DNA of 64,000 nucleotides. Origin: Chiloscyllium plagiosum (lineage: Eukaryota). Location: NCBI RefSeq assembly GCF_004010195.1, contig NC_057719.1, positions 13,319,904-13,383,903 of the forward strand, read 5' to 3'. Position 1 is the first letter of the stretch. Each line of letters starts with the position of its first letter. The notes under the pieces were generated by a model. That model did no database searches and had not been told where the DNA came from. It worked only from the letters and a program-made list of their open reading frames with translations. Made by a program: the position numbers and the translations under genes. This document shows, piece after piece, positions 1 through 12,954 of the stretch.

Positions 1-213
1 AGGGGTAGGTTCTTCACTCAGTGAGTCGTAAGTTCATGGAATGCCCTGCCAGTAGCAGTGGTGGACTCTCCCTCTTTATGGGCATTTAAGCGGGCATTGG
101 ATAGGTATATGGAGGATAGTGGGTTAGTATAGGTTAGGTGGGCTTGGATCGGCGCAACATCGAGGGCCAAAGGGCCTGTACTGCGCTGTATTCTTCTATG
201 TTCTATGTTCTAG
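1..213 (+). mobile_element. CR1-type LINE 3' end
   Basis: FFTQ.V...WNALP-like end of ORF2 and a (TTCTATG)n tail. Confidence 0.75.
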
Positions 214-451
214 ATTTAGACAGTACATTTGGATCAGCTCAGGCTTGAAGGGCTGAAGGGTATGTTCCTGGGTTGTAAATTTTCTTTGTTCTTCTTTATC
301 CCAATGCTGCTTATGGGATTTTCCTGCTTGCAGTGTTTCCTACATTACCGGCATGACTGCATTCAAAAGTGCCCCATTGATTGTTAGTGTGCTTTGCAAT
401 GTCTGGTTGCTATACAAAGCACTACATGAGCACAACTCTATCTTATTTCTG

Positions 452-690
452 GATGTTGGCTTGCTCACTGAGCTGCAAGGTTCATTTTCAGACACTTCAT
501 CACCAAACTAGGTAACATCATCATGGTGCTTTCAATTTATGTGTTTAGGTTTCCTTGGGTTGGTGATGCCATTTCCCATGGTGGGTCATTTCCTGTGGTG
601 ATGTCATTTCCTGTTCTTTTTCTCCGGGGGTGGTAAATGGGATCAAAGTCAATGTGTTTGTTGATAAAGTTCTGGTTGGCAATCTTTCCT
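452..690 (-). mobile_element. Penelope-like element (PLE) fragment
   Basis: Minus ORF NFINKHIDFDPIYHP matches the peptide at 43136+; degenerate hammerhead-like arm at ~485-525. Confidence 0.65.
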
Positions 691-784
691 GGAAAAGACC
701 AGCAACAGTTTCTAAGCTTTTTTTTAAACTTATGCATTTAAAATAAGAGAGAAAGCACAATAATGAAACCCGAAAGTGCTAAAG

Positions 785-1381
785 CAGGGGTGGGGAACCT
801 GCTTAAGGCTGCATGTGGCCTTCTAGGGCATTGTGTGTGGCCTTTTGAATGAATCCAAATTTTGCAGAACAAATCTTTTATTTTTTATTAATATGCTTTT
901 TCTCGTCCTTTATTATTTTTATTTTAATCTTAAAATAAATGACACTGAGAAAGATCTGATTGAAATATGGAAAAATGCAATAGAATACTCATGCCTTCGG
1001 CAACATGTACGAAAAATGCCTTCTTGCTTTTCAACCACTTATTGCTGCGAATCTACATTCTCCTACTTAACCAAAATCAAGACGCCCTTAAGGTCACAAA
1101 TGATGGATACCCATCTAGAGGATTAGCTAAAACTGCAGACCTCCATGCTGCAATCAAATATTCAAATGCTTTCCTACAAAAAGCAGTCACAACCATGTCA
1201 TTAAAAGGTTAGTTAACTTTAGAATTAACATTTTTTTTAGTTAGTTAATACATAGTAGTTAGATTTTTACAAAATAATGTGAATTTTGAAGAATATATAA
1301 TTGAAGTTTCTTGGATGCGGCCTTATTAGATTACAACTAACATAATGCGGCCTTCCAACATGAAAAAGTTCCCCACCTCTG
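785..1381 (+). mobile_element. hAT (Charlie-like) internally deleted DNA transposon
   Basis: TIRs CAGGGGTGGGGAAC / GTTCCCCACCTCTG; 8-bp TSD tgctaaag/tgccagag; hAT C-terminal dimerisation-like peptide FSTTYCCESTFSYLTKIKTPLRSQMMDTHLED. Confidence 0.85.
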
Positions 1382-2111
1382 TGCCAGAGAAACTCAACAG
1401 GTCTAAGGAGAACAGCGTAGGCCATTTATGACAGAGACAAAGAGAAATGTCTTCATCCAGAGAAAGGTGGGCCTGTGGAATTCTCTGCTACAGAAAGCAG
1501 CTGAGGCCAAGATACAATGTGTTCAAGAAGATACAATTTTTGGGACTAATTGGGTTTTATAATGTGTGGGGAGAACTGAGCTGGATGATCATATTGATTG
1601 GCAGAACAGGCTTGACTGGCTAAGTGGCCTGCTTCTACTTTCTGTATTTCTCTGAGTGGTAGCGTCTGTGGAGAGAGAAACTGGTGAATGTTTAGAATCC
1701 AATGAGTCTTCCTTGAAACTCAAATGGTACAGTGGCTGACACAGAAACGTACTTATAATGTCTGCCAGCTAGGGCCAACAAACTTAAACAAAGTGTACTC
1801 ACACTGCTTCTATATGGGCTCACTCTGACTGCATTGGAGATTGGGTACATGACTATAGTAGGGAGCTGTGTTTCCCTGCTAGTGTCCAGAGGATGTGATG
1901 GGGAGTAACAAAAGCCTGCTGTTGGGAAGGCATGTTGTGACCTCGTGTGCCCTGATTTTGGTTTCTCTTGCACCTCCCCCTTGCCCTCCCTGCTAAAAAG
2001 CTGCTTTCCCTTCAACTTACACTCGTCAATCCATGCCTGTAATCCCCTTAGTTTTTCCTAGTGTGCACTCCAGTTTCCTATCCTTTCTGGGGTGAGTAGA
2101 TTGCAAGGTGT

Positions 2112-2530
2112 GTCATAGAGTCATAGAGCTGTACAGCACAGAAACAGACCCTTCGGTCCAACTCGTCCATGCTGACCAGATATCCAAAATGAATCTAGGC
2201 CCATTTGCCAGCACTTGACCCATAACCCCTCTAAACCCTTCCCGTTCATATTCGCATTCAGATGCTTTTTAAATGTAATTGTACCAGCCTCTACCACTTC
2301 ATCTGGAAGCTCATTCCATATACGCACCACCCTTTGCGTGAAAAAGTTACCCATTAGATCCCTTTTATTATCTTTCCCCTCTCATCTTAAACCCATGCCC
2401 TCTAGTTTTGGACTCCCCTACCCCGGGGAAAAGACCTTGTCTATTCACCCTATTCATGTCCCTCATGATTTTATAAACCTCTAAAGGTCACCCCTCAGCC
2501 TCCGATGCTCCAGGGAATATAACCCCAGTC
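2112..2530 (-). mobile_element. CR1 LINE 3' fragment
   Basis: ORF GNFFTQRVVRIWNELPDEVVEAGTI; (CTATGACT)n tail. Confidence 0.9.
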
Positions 2531-3021
2531 TATGAGTGAGTAGGCATTGGCACCAAGATCTCCAAACTGAGGGAGGCTTTTGATAGCATTGACCTCTCCC
2601 ACTACCCAGCTGTTGTGGAAGGAGTCAAGACCTAGCAGCAGATATCCTAATTAACATCCTTTTAGCTAATTGTCAAGCTGGTGATTGTTCTGGAAAGTTT
2701 TATATATATGAAAAAGTTTGAAAATAAGAAGGAAAACCACTTGCAGAGCAGAAGCAGATTGAGAGTTTATTTTGGATTGTAACATTGTTTCTCAATCAAT
2801 CAGAATTTACTACCCATAATCTGTACCTTAGAAAGCTTCTAAAACTCCCACTGATCAAGCCTCAAGGCAAAGAAGGAAAAAGATGTTAGGAAATTGAAAA
2901 TATAACCATTTCAAGCCCAAAATACACAAAATACTCCACATTGTAGAATGTACATTTCAATGTCTGATACATATATGTTGAATAGATATTATACATATGC
3001 ACAACTGACAGTGATGTAGAG

Positions 3022-3189
3022 ATGTGATGTTGGACTGGTCTGGACAAAGTCAGAAGTCTCACGACACCACATTATAATGTAACATGTTTATTTAAAATCA
3101 CAAGCTTTCAGAGTGCTGTTCCTTTGTCATGAAGATTATGATTTTAAATAACCTGTTGGACCTGGTGTCGTGAGACTTCTGACCTTGAC
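3022..3189. mobile_element. Fold-back PLE-derived element (family B), degenerate
   Basis: Arms gtcagaagtctcacgacacca / tggtgtcgtgagacttctgac; related to 23617-23810. Confidence 0.6.
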
Positions 3190-3420
3190 AAATGGCAATA
3201 ACAGAGGTCGCATCAAGGAATTCTGGTACAGAAACATGGGACAAACAGGGGTTGGAGGGGGGAAGCGGGTCTTGAATATTTTGGTTTAGAGTCAATCAGG
3301 AAATGCACAAGAGTAGCAAACCTAAGCATGAATGGAGCATCGCGAATCTTCAATTTCATGAGGGCTTCATAGATTGCTGCAGTACAGTCTGACCACCTCC
3401 TGCCACTGAGCCAACAGGAC

Positions 3421-3551
3421 AGCTCTGACAAAGTGTCATCTCGACTCGAAACGTTACCTAGCTCTCTCTCCATGAATGCTGGCTGACCTGCTGTGACCTC
3501 CAGCGTTTGGTATTTTCAGTACAGATTGCAGCACCTGCAGTAGTTTGCTCC
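3421..3551 (+). mobile_element. PLE-derived element (family E) with degenerate hammerhead motif
   Basis: ctgacaaagtgtcatctcgactcgaaacgtta followed by gctgacctgctgtgacctccagc; reverse copy at 36895-37025. Confidence 0.6.
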
Positions 3552-4186
3552 GACAGGGTGGGGTTGGGGAGTGATGGGTCCATGAGGAATTAAGCAGAAG
3601 ACATGGAGAAGGGACTCCATTGTGATGAAGACAGTGTTCAAGGACAGGCCGGTTTCAAGCAAAGTACCTTCCCCTGGACCTGTTGGCAAATGCAGTCTGC
3701 GCATTTGGGAATTACATTTGGGAATTGTTGTTCCTCCATGCAACCTAAAACACTATCTGCACATAAAAGAGAATGAAAGGCTTAGATTTATATGAATTTG
3801 GATGTCCTAAAGCGCTTGGCAGTTAATTAAGTCATTTTGAAGTCGAATCAATGTTTCAATGAGACAGTCCAATTTGCTCTCAGTAAACTCTCAGGTCAAC
3901 AACTCAGTTGAAAGTCAGGACCCCCTCCCCCCAACAGTTCAGTACTCCCAGATCAATGTACCAGCGGGCCAGGCCTGATTTTTGCATACAAGGTTTGGAG
4001 TGGGACATTAACACAGAACCTTGGAAGTTCAAGTGGAATTTGCTATCAATTGAATCACATCTAACAGTCAAGTAATCCCATTGTGCCAGTCTGTAACCTT
4101 CTCCTCAGAGGATGTAGACAACTGGAACTTAAGGATGTAAAGCTCACACCCCAGAATGATGCTGAGGGAGAGTTGTTAAAGCAGTG

Positions 4187-4553
4187 AATCATAGAATCTC
4201 CAGAGTGCAGAAAGAAGCCATTCGGCTCATCAAATCGCAGAAGAGCATCCCACCCTGTCTCATAACCTCGCATTTCCCATGGCTAATCCACCTAACCTGC
4301 ACATCCCTAAGTTCCCTGGGCAATTTAGCATGGCCAGTTCACCTAACCTGCACATCCCTAAGCTCTCTGGGCAATTTAGCTTGGCCAGTCCACCTAACCA
4401 GCACAGCTTTAGACTATTGGAGGAAACCAGAACACCCAGAGAAAACCCACACAGACACAGGAAGAACATGCAAACTCCACACAAACACCAAAACTGGAGT
4501 TGAACCTGGGTCACTGGCACTGTGAGGCAGCAGTGCTAACCATTGTGTCACCC
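4187..4553 (-). mobile_element. HE1-type tRNA-derived SINE with duplicated internal block
   Basis: Reverse complement of the tggttagcactgctgcctcacag head; repeated cacctaacctgcacatccct block. Confidence 0.85.
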
Positions 4554-4871
4554 ATACAGGATGCGATTGTTAGGATTTATTTCAGTAGCTCAGGACGTTA
4601 TTAAAAAAAAATTGCTTGGTGTTCATCCAGGAGGGAAGTTCTCCTTGGTTAACAATCCCTTAATCAAAACTACCATTCATTAATGCCTGACCAGAGTTAG
4701 AAATTGCAGAGAAGCAGGATAAAATATTGGGATTAGTCCATGTTTCATCGGAAATAAAACACCACTATGGACAGGGTTGCATTGAATGACTGATCGGTTT
4801 CCATGTTGTAACATCTATGCCAAAAAAAACAATACAAATTTGAATTTGGAAACAACTCTTCCAAACTAAAA

Positions 4872-5196
4872 GAGGAGGTGATAGCCTTAGTGGCAATATT
4901 GCTGGACTGTTAATCTAGCGATCCAGCTAATGTTCTGTGGAGACAGTAGATGGTGGAATTTGAATTCAATAAAAATCTGGAATTAAGTGTCTAATGATGA
5001 CCGTGAATCCAATGTCAATTGCTGGAAAAACCCACATGGTTCACTAATGTCCTTCAGCGAAGGAAATCTGCCATCTTCACCTGGTCTTGACTACATGTGA
5101 CTCCAGACCCACAGCAATGTGGTTGACTCTTTACCTGTTCTGGGCAAATAGAGTTGGGCTATAAATGCTGACCTAACCAGTGAGGTCCTCATCCTC
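4872..5196 (+). mobile_element. Second SINE family (tRNA-like head, LINE-derived tail)
   Basis: Core ggtggaatttgaattcaataaaaatctgg...gactccagacccacagcaatgtggttgactct; copies at 17065, 55683, 58280. Confidence 0.75.
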
Positions 5197-5683
5197 TTTA
5201 AGTTCTGATCTGACGTATTCTTAAGTTTACCTGTTTTCTTCAATCACTAATTCTGGTCAGGTAGTTTTGATTAAGGTATTGTTAACCAGGAGGTCAGGAG
5301 AAATTTCATCTTGGATGAACACCAGGACATCTTTTAATATTGTCCTGAGGTACTGAAACAGGTCCTCACCATATAAATAGCAAAATATGAAAGACAAGTG
5401 GCATTGGCATGATTCTTTTTCTTCTGTAGTCCTCAGATATAGAGTAAACTAAAAAATTGATCACTTCATCTTTGACAACAATATCTTTCCACTTATACAT
5501 CAATATGATTGCCTACTTGTTCTGTTCACTACCAACCCCAATGGAATAGCTGTGGCCTCTGATGTTTGTGCTGGGCTGGACTCACAATCATTGCCCGTGT
5601 AACCAGGACCAGAGACGTCAACCAATTCACGTAACTCTAGGTGTCTGCCAGAGAGGGGCGAGGGCCATATGTATCGTCTAGAT

Positions 5684-6199
5684 TTGGAGATGCCGGTGTT
5701 GGACTGGAGTGTACAAAGTTAAAAATCACACAACACTAGGTTATAAATCTGTGGTGTGAACTTATATGTTGTTTTGCTCAAAAACTGCAAGAATCCATGT
5801 AAGATTCTATAAATCCCTTTTTTAGATAAGAATCAGTCTGAACATTGGGGCACAGACAGCCTCACACAGGGCACCTCACACCTTCAATGCATTATCTGCG
5901 CTGACATGGCATCTATTGTTAAAGTTCACTTGCGAACGTAATTTTTAAAAAAGTTCTGAGATTTACATTTGAAAGAACTGAAACCATCATGGTTATTCTA
6001 AAAGATGAGCAATTTAACAAACAATCAAGGTATTTTTCAATATATCATTTCAGTTACATCACACTGTAAACTTATGCTATAAATTCTGTGTCTTATAATT
6101 GTCTCCTCTACAACCACCTGATGAAGGAGCAGTGCTCCGAAAGCTAGTGCTTCCAAATAAACCTGTTGGACTATAACCTAGTGTTGTGTGATTTTTAAC
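5684..6199 (+). mobile_element. PLE-derived element family A (~500 bp, inverted terminal arm, 3' hammerhead)
   Basis: 5' arm gttaaaaatcacacaacactaggttata is inverted at the 3' end; body homologous to 31620-32088. Confidence 0.8.
6115..6149 (+). ncRNA. Minimal type I hammerhead ribozyme motif (family A)
   Basis: CAC-CTGATGA-a-GGAGC-agt-GCTCC-GAAA-GC-TA-GTG: core, stem I, stem II and palindromic AGCT all present. Confidence 0.7.
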
Positions 6200-6371
6200 G
6201 ATATATATTCCAGATGTTTCCTAATCAACCTGTTCAGAGATGTTATTACACACCTCTGGAGCAATTGGGACGTGAACCCGAGTCTCCTGGCTCAGACCCA
6301 GGGACATTACCACTGTGCCACAAGATCCCAAAGTCACCGATGTAAGTCAACTCTTCCAGATCGGTTGGTCA

Positions 6372-6710
6372 TGATTTTATAAACCTCGACAAGGTCACGC
6401 CTCAACCTCCTATGCTCCCGATAAAAAGTTCCAGCCTATCCAGCCTCTTCCCGTAACTCAAACCCTCATTCCTGACACCAACCTGGCAAGCCTTTTCTGA
6501 ACTGTCTCCAGCTTAAATCAAACCCTGCCTGTAACACGGCGACCAGAACTGGATACAATACTCCAGAAGAGACCAACTTCCTGCATAACCTCAACATGAC
6601 ATCCCAACTCCTATACTCAATGGTTTGAGCAATGCAGGTAAGCCTGTTAAATGTCTTCTTAACCACTGTGTCTACATGTGATGCAAACTTCAAAGAATTA
6701 TGTTCATGAA
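6372..6710 (-). mobile_element. CR1 LINE fragment
   Basis: ORF SLKFASHVDTVVKK...IEYRSWDVMLRL. Confidence 0.85.
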
Positions 6711-7574
6711 CCTTTTTTTTCTGTTTTGGTTTATTTTTGTTGAACGCATTTTTAGATCCTGGATCCATGTGAAAAAGGTTTTCCTCATGTTGTCAATGCT
6801 TCTTTTTAATCAATTAACTTACCTTGCAAATCAATCTCGACTCCTCTGTTGCCTAGTTGTTATCTGTTATTTGCAGATTCTCCTTTCAGGTATCATGAGG
6901 AAACTGGTTTTTCTTCAGTTCTTACTTCCAAAGTGATTCTGTGCAACATAAACTATACTGGCGAGTTGTTAATAATCTTCCATGCCCCCTGACTGAGTAG
7001 CCATTTATATTTATTCTCTTGCAGCTCCATGGGAACATCAACCCATTTTAAACCCTTTACCCCAACCCAGGCAGATGTGCACCTTCGCTTTTCAACCAAG
7101 TTCCTGCTCTCTGATATAAGCTTTGCCAAAAATCAGGGTATTCATGAAAAGCCATTGTTGACAGGGCATGAGTTTGGAGACATACCCTATTGTGTTTACT
7201 GAGCAGTTCTTGTCCATTAGGCACAAAATTCCCAGGATTAATTCATCAAGCAAGATCCCTCAACAACTTGAAGTGCTCTTACTGTTTCATATTTCTCTGT
7301 GTTTTCATATTCTCTGTTCCCTTTTAGGATGCTCCCTCATAAATGTCAGAGGGCACGATTTACAAATGGGTGAAATGATTTGCCTTTCTCAAACCGCTGA
7401 GCACTGTGTGGAACAAAATCCCTAATAATATTTGGCAGATGTGACCAATGGCTTTCATGATTATTTGACTGTGTGGGTGGTCAGGTTCTTTCTGTTACCT
7501 AAGAAGTTATGACATCCTCATTCGTATTTGTCATTTAGTTAAGTGTATTGTCATGTCAGTATATAAAATAACTC

Positions 7575-8250
7575 ATAAGATCATATTAGTAGGAGTTGGC
7601 AATTCTGCCCCTCGAGCCAGCTTTGCCATTTGATACAATCATGGCTGCTCTCATCTCGAACCTCAACTCCACTTTCCTGCCTGCCCTCCATCACCTCTCA
7701 ACCCACTGCTCATTCAAAATCTGCCTATCTCCTCTTTAAATAGATTCAATGTCCCAGCATCCATTGCATTCTGCGGTGTTGACTTTCATGGATTCATGAT
7801 GCTTTGAAACAAGTAATTTCTACTGATAGATGTTTATGAGATTGTGAATGGCATGGATAGTTTGGTAAGTATGAGGCTTTTTCCCAGGGTGGAGAGGACC
7901 ATTACTAGGGGACACAGGTTCAAGGTGCAGAGGGGCGATGTATAAAAGAGATGTGCGACGCAGGTTTTCCACACAAAAGGTGATGAGTGCCTGGAACGTG
8001 CTGCCAGGGGAGGTGGTGGAACCAGACGCAATAGCAGCATTCAAGAAGCATTTGGACGGATACAAGAATAGGAGGGGAACGGAGGGATACAGATCCTGTA
8101 AGTGAAACCAGTTTTAGTATGGAAGGGCAAAATATGTCAGTGCAGGCTTGAAGGGCCGAAGGGCCTGTTCTGTGCTATATTGTTCTTTGTTCTTTCTCAT
8201 GTCTTTTAAATCTGTTAGCCCTTATCCTAAAACAATTACCTCTCATTCTT
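7575..8250. mobile_element. Minus-strand CR1 3' end interrupted by a plus-strand CR1 3' end (~7835-8196)
   Basis: TRGHRFKV / WNVLP peptides and (TTCTTTG)n tail within an older CR1 tail. Confidence 0.7.
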
Positions 8251-8288
8251 CTAACCAATGTTAAGTGCATTATTTTTCAATCTCATTA

Positions 8289-8648
8289 CAGTAGCGCCTC
8301 AACTTACGAACTTAATCCGTTCCGGGACCCGGTTCGCAAACCGAAAAGTTCGCGAACTGAATCAATTTTTCCCATTGCTTGGATAGCGTAAGAATGCTTG
8401 GATGGCTGTTCACAGCGCACGCGCCAAAGACGAACTGAATGAGATCACGCGGGGCCCGAGAGCTTTTGCGTTCAAAGCACATGTAGCAAAGCAGAACAAT
8501 GAAACCACGTAGTCGCACACGGGCTTTTTGCGTTCGTACCTTCGTTTGTACCTTGAATTTTGTACATTGAAGCAAAACTTTACGTACAATCCTGTTCGTA
8601 AACCGATTTGTTCATGAACGGGGTCGTTCATATGTCGAGGCGCGACTG
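8289..8648. mobile_element. Tc1/mariner (Tigger-like) MITE
   Basis: TA|CAGTAGCGCCTCAACTTACGAAC ... GTTCATATGTCGAGGCGCGACTG|TA: imperfect TIRs with TA TSD. Confidence 0.85.
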
Positions 8649-8699
8649 TATATTGCCTTTCCTTTTGGATGAAATGTACTTTTCCCTTTGATGTAGTAA

Positions 8700-10046
8700 A
8701 CTGAACTATTCCTTTTTGTGCTGAAGCTCTCATAACTCCTGACGGTAAGAATGGAATGGATTTGTGGATTTATAAGCTCAACTCCATCCTTTGTCTGGTG
8801 GAATCCTTGTTAATGCTGTCATCGGCGTACAATCTTGTGTCTGTTGACATTTCACCGACTCTCAGCTTCTTGGTAAAGCTGACGTTGATGTTAAGCAAAT
8901 GTCAGAAAGGACCAATATAACCCAGCTAAACCATACTCCTTTCTCATTAACTCACATCAATCAAAAGAAAACAAAGCTTCAAATACAGAGGGATCCACTG
9001 ACTGTGGTGATGGGTTACTGTGCAATTTCAAGTGGAGAGGAACTAAATAGGAACGTAAGAACAAGGTAAACCCAATCAGTGTCCATGATGGGGAAGGAAT
9101 GATGAATGATGAAACAGATATTTCTTATTAGCTCGACCCTGAAGGTCACAAAGTGGTGTACTCGCGGTTTGTCATGTCTGAGTGTTTGATGTGTAGGCTG
9201 ATAATAGTAAAGGCATGATATTAGCTTTGGATGAAATCAGATTTCAGTTTTAAAAAGTCACATTTAATTTTCAGAATGTTTTTGACTTCCACAAAATAAA
9301 ACAGTATGATTGTACATTTATAATGGGATCCAGGCCTTTTTATGTCACACAGCATTTCGAACAGACCGAGCATAATCAAAGAGGTAGCCTTTATGACACA
9401 GCTACATTAACATTAAACAGCTAATTATGGCATAATTGGCTTATTGAGAGAGAATGACCCAGGGCATAGTTTGCTTAGCAACAGCAAATGGCCTATTTCC
9501 ATAACATTGGCTTATCCACTCTTGCCCTAGACCAGTTATTTACATTTGTACAGAATTATTTCCTGTCCCCTCGCCTTAATCTCCTTCTGCTTTGGCATTT
9601 TCTGCTCTACCTGCTTCCTTTAAGCCATCGGAAGAGGGAAGATGAGGCCACCTTTTTTCTCCCCCACCTGCAGCACCGTCTCCAATTGATTATGTGTTAG
9701 CTCAACAGGGTGAGATGGCAATGATAGGGTTTCTCTCAATCCCACTTCCCTTTCATAGTAAAGTGCTCTGTTTCTTCCAAGGCATCTCACATGGCTGTCC
9801 AGTCCAGGACTGAGGAGACACTAATGGACTCGAGACTTGGCTACTGTTACCACTCAAAAGCTCCCAGTGCAGAGGTATGAAGCAAGCACCTTAGCCCTCC
9901 TCATTACCACATAGCACACATTCCCTCCATCCAAAATGGTCATACAATGAAAAATACACACAAGTTACTCAATTAACGGGGCAATAAAATTGGATAATCA
10001 AACAGCTGAAGAACCATCACTTCGAAGACCAGTTTGGAGTTCAACA
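8700..10046 (-). other. Probable 3' UTR of the SYNDIG1-family gene (end uncertain)
   Basis: TE-free unique sequence directly after the TAG; minus-strand ATTAAA at 9263-9268 is a candidate polyA signal. Confidence 0.4.
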
Positions 10047-10205
10047 CTATACATGTCCTGGCTTTGACAAGTATGCAATGAGTGCCACAATGACCCCCAC
10101 ATACACTCCTGTTCCAATGGTGATTGAGAGTGCTGCTAGGAATAGGGCTCTTCGTGATGCTGAGGTTGCACGCTGATAATCTCCTTTCGCAATAGCCTTG
10201 CTTGT
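10047..10205 (-). CDS. SYNDIG1L: Terminal coding exon of a SYNDIG1-family (dispanin/CD225) gene, most similar to SYNDIG1L (synapse differentiation-inducing 1-like)
   Basis: Minus strand reads tttcttgtttttcag|ACAAGC..., a phase-0 acceptor followed by 159 nt encoding [52 protein letters not shown]. This matches the SYNDIG1/SYNDIG1L last exon as I recall it (KGD..A...[30 protein letters not shown]). TSKAI and the GH tail favour SYNDIG1L, but SYNDIG1 is not excluded. Not in the ORF track because there is no ATG. Confidence 0.9.
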   Translation of the reverse strand, partial: TSKAIAKGDYQRATSASRRALFLAALSITIGTGVYVGVIVALIAYLSKPGHV

Positions 10206-10726
10206 CTGAAAAACAAGAAATCATTATTTAGCACCAAAATTAATCACTCTTTTCACGAAGGTCTCAATGCACTCTAGTCCGTGGTGGCTGATGGTGTGTT
10301 GGTCAGCCAGCAGAAAATAGAAGGATGAACTCCAGCTAACCATCTCACACAATCTTTCACGTAAACAATTGATCACATTGCCACTCATGGATCACTCCAG
10401 TTCACACAGCCCCTCACACTGTCAGTACACAATTCACTGGCAGCCACGTCTTATCTCTTTGACAGGACTTGCTGTTGACCTAATTCCAATAATTACAGTC
10501 TCCTCCCATCATCCCCTGTTCTGATTCCATCAACAGTACCAATAAATAGGCAAGGGGACCAATTCCTTTGGTCACGTATTTGCCAGTTGTTTTAAGCTTC
10601 CTTTGTCACTGGATGAATGTTGCCATTTGTACAAAAAACAGTAGCAACATCAAAGTTGGACCCCGATTTATACTTTGGAACAAACTCCCACCTGGAAAAG
10701 GCAATGTGCTATTGCTATTTGAAATG

Positions 10727-10849
10727 GTGACAGAAACTGCCCCATCACTGTGCTATCTGAACCCAATAGTGACAGGGATATACCCCATCACTGTGCTATC
10801 TGAACCCAATAGTGACAGAGAATTGCCCCATCACTGTGTTATCTGAACC
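10727..10849. repeat. Tandem repeat, ~42-43 bp x3
   Basis: gtgacag...ccccatcactgtgctatctgaacccaata repeated. Confidence 0.9.
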
Positions 10850-11007
10850 TGATCAGCATCATTTGGTGCATTTCCAGGATTAGTGTGGGGAGCTTCCAGC
10901 TCTTGAGAGTGCCTTGTTAAGGCTGAATAAACGGGGACTGAAAAGAACCAGGCTTAAAATAAAGTTAACGATTGGAGCACCCAACACCACACACTGTTTG
11001 GTAACTG

Positions 11008-11217
11008 TCAAGATTAGAGTGGTGCTAGAAAAGCACAGCAGGTCAGGCAGCATCAGAGGAGCAGGAAAATTGATGTTTCGGGCAAAAGCCCTTAATCAGG
11101 AAGGGCTTTGCCCGAAATGTCGATTTTCCTGCTCCTCAGATGCAGACTGACCTGCTGTGCTTTTCCAGCACCACTCTAATCTTGGCTCTAATCTCCAGTA
11201 TCTGCAGTACCCACTTC
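11008..11217. mobile_element. Fold-back PLE-derived element family C with 16-bp TSD
   Basis: TSD cactgtttggtaactg at 10992-11007 and 11218-11233; ~90-bp inverted arms meeting at overlapping hammerhead remnants. Confidence 0.9.
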
Positions 11218-12430
11218 CACTGTTTGGTAACTGCCAAAGCCGCACTATGAGATATTTTCAAGGAAACACTTCCAAGGTCTAGTCTTTATTGGACTCAGCA
11301 TTACTGCTCATGTAAAACCATCCAGGTCAATATTAATTGCAGTTATCACTGCCTATTATAGTCCCTCTACAGCAGAAAAGCTGCAGGAATCCTTGAACAC
11401 AAGAGAAGATTTGGCAACAGTTGATTTTGGGATAAGAACAGTCCATAGAATCGGAATGTGAAGATCAAAGCTACAAATGTCTTTGGAGCTGCTTCTGTTT
11501 TGCTGTTGTAACATTTCCCAGAGCCTGGAAATAAAGCTTTTGCCAGGGTACAGTCTCTTTTGAGCTAGAGATCTATTGGAGCAATTACAGCTCTGAGCTG
11601 TGCATTTAATTTGCAATGCGATCATTGACATCACCTTACCTGTCAACAAAGTGAAGCTAGATTGGAACTTGGAACAGAGTCTATTTTACAGCAAGCAGAG
11701 TGATTTAAACAGCCTTTACACATCACAGAAGGTCAGATCTACATACACCACAGCAAACATTCCTCATGACTGATACTACAGCATAGCCTCCCAATAAAAG
11801 ATTAACTCTCCAGCAAAATGCACTGAGTGGATGATAGTTATATAAGTTATTTGCACAAACCAATCTAGTCATCTCATTCATCCTCATTCTGGCCAGGACT
11901 GTGTTGCCAATATTTGCAGCCATTTCAAAATGTTTTCCTACTCTAATATCAGTGGCAGAGACAGTCGTTTCAACTTTTAAACTTTAAAGACAATTAATGC
12001 TTATTTAATTTGCAAATCACAAAGGAACGATGCTAACACTAATGTGGAGATTAATTTAATAACACCCTTCCCTTATAAAGCATTGATGGGACATTCTAAT
12101 GTGAGATGTGAGGACTGTGACTTTTACTTTTTGCATTTTACAAAAGCTGTGGATAGAAATTAGAAAGAACCATTTTAAAACCATTGTTTGAAAGGCTCGA
12201 TGTATGTTTTGAAAGCAAGCAACATTGAAGGCTTTCTGCAAACAACTGTGAGACCAAGCAGTAATCGAAGTTTGACTTGCAGATGATTTGGAGCCAAAAG
12301 AGTCGAACAGATCCAGCATTTTCTGGCAATGAGAAGCTAATTGGTCTAAGGACTAGTGACCAGTTAACAATGACAGAGACCTTGCTTTCTGCAAACAACT
12401 GCATAAATGAATCTCAGGCAATATTCATGA

Positions 12431-12620
12431 TTTGGAGATACCGGTGTTGGACTGGGGTGTACAAAGTTAAAAATCTCACCACACCAGGTTATAGTCCAAT
12501 CGGTTTATTTGGAAGCATTGGCTTTCGGAGCGTTGCTCCTTCATCAGGTGGTTCATCAGGAAGGAGCAGCACTCTGAAAGCTAGTACTTTCAAATAAACC
12601 TGTAGGATTATAACCTGGTG
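12431..12620. mobile_element. Fold-back family A element
   Basis: ggtgttggactggggtgtacaaag arm; minus-strand hammerhead core at 12523-12547 with mutated cleavage site. Confidence 0.85.
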
Positions 12621-12954
12621 CTATCAGGCAACAGAACAGCTTGCAGCTAGGAATACATTGCAGAGAGAGAGAGAGAGAGGGAGGTGTTCTGTTCTTTCCC
12701 AGATTGGGAGAGGTTTCCCTGTTCTCTGTCATCAGAGCTCACTGTAATACTGAAGAAAATCAGATTATCACTCCTGCAACAGTTGTTATGAGCTCTAACT
12801 TTGAACTTATAAATCTGAGACTCGTTATTAATGAGCCGGTCACTTTGTGTTTCTTACTGACCAGAGGAGGCGTCTGGGGGAAAGACAACTGAAGCAACAT
12901 GCTGAAGAGTCTTAAAGATCAACCTGGGGGTGGTGTGTGTGTGTGTGTCACGCT

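Noticed and set aside
8773..8880. Short minus-strand frame FTKKLRVGEMSTD...MELSL* after an AG
   Set aside because: No recognisable homology; lies in the probable 3' UTR
10272..10292. REST/NRSE-like site near the exon (gtccgtggtggctga)
   Set aside because: Needs an insertion and mismatches versus consensus; too weak
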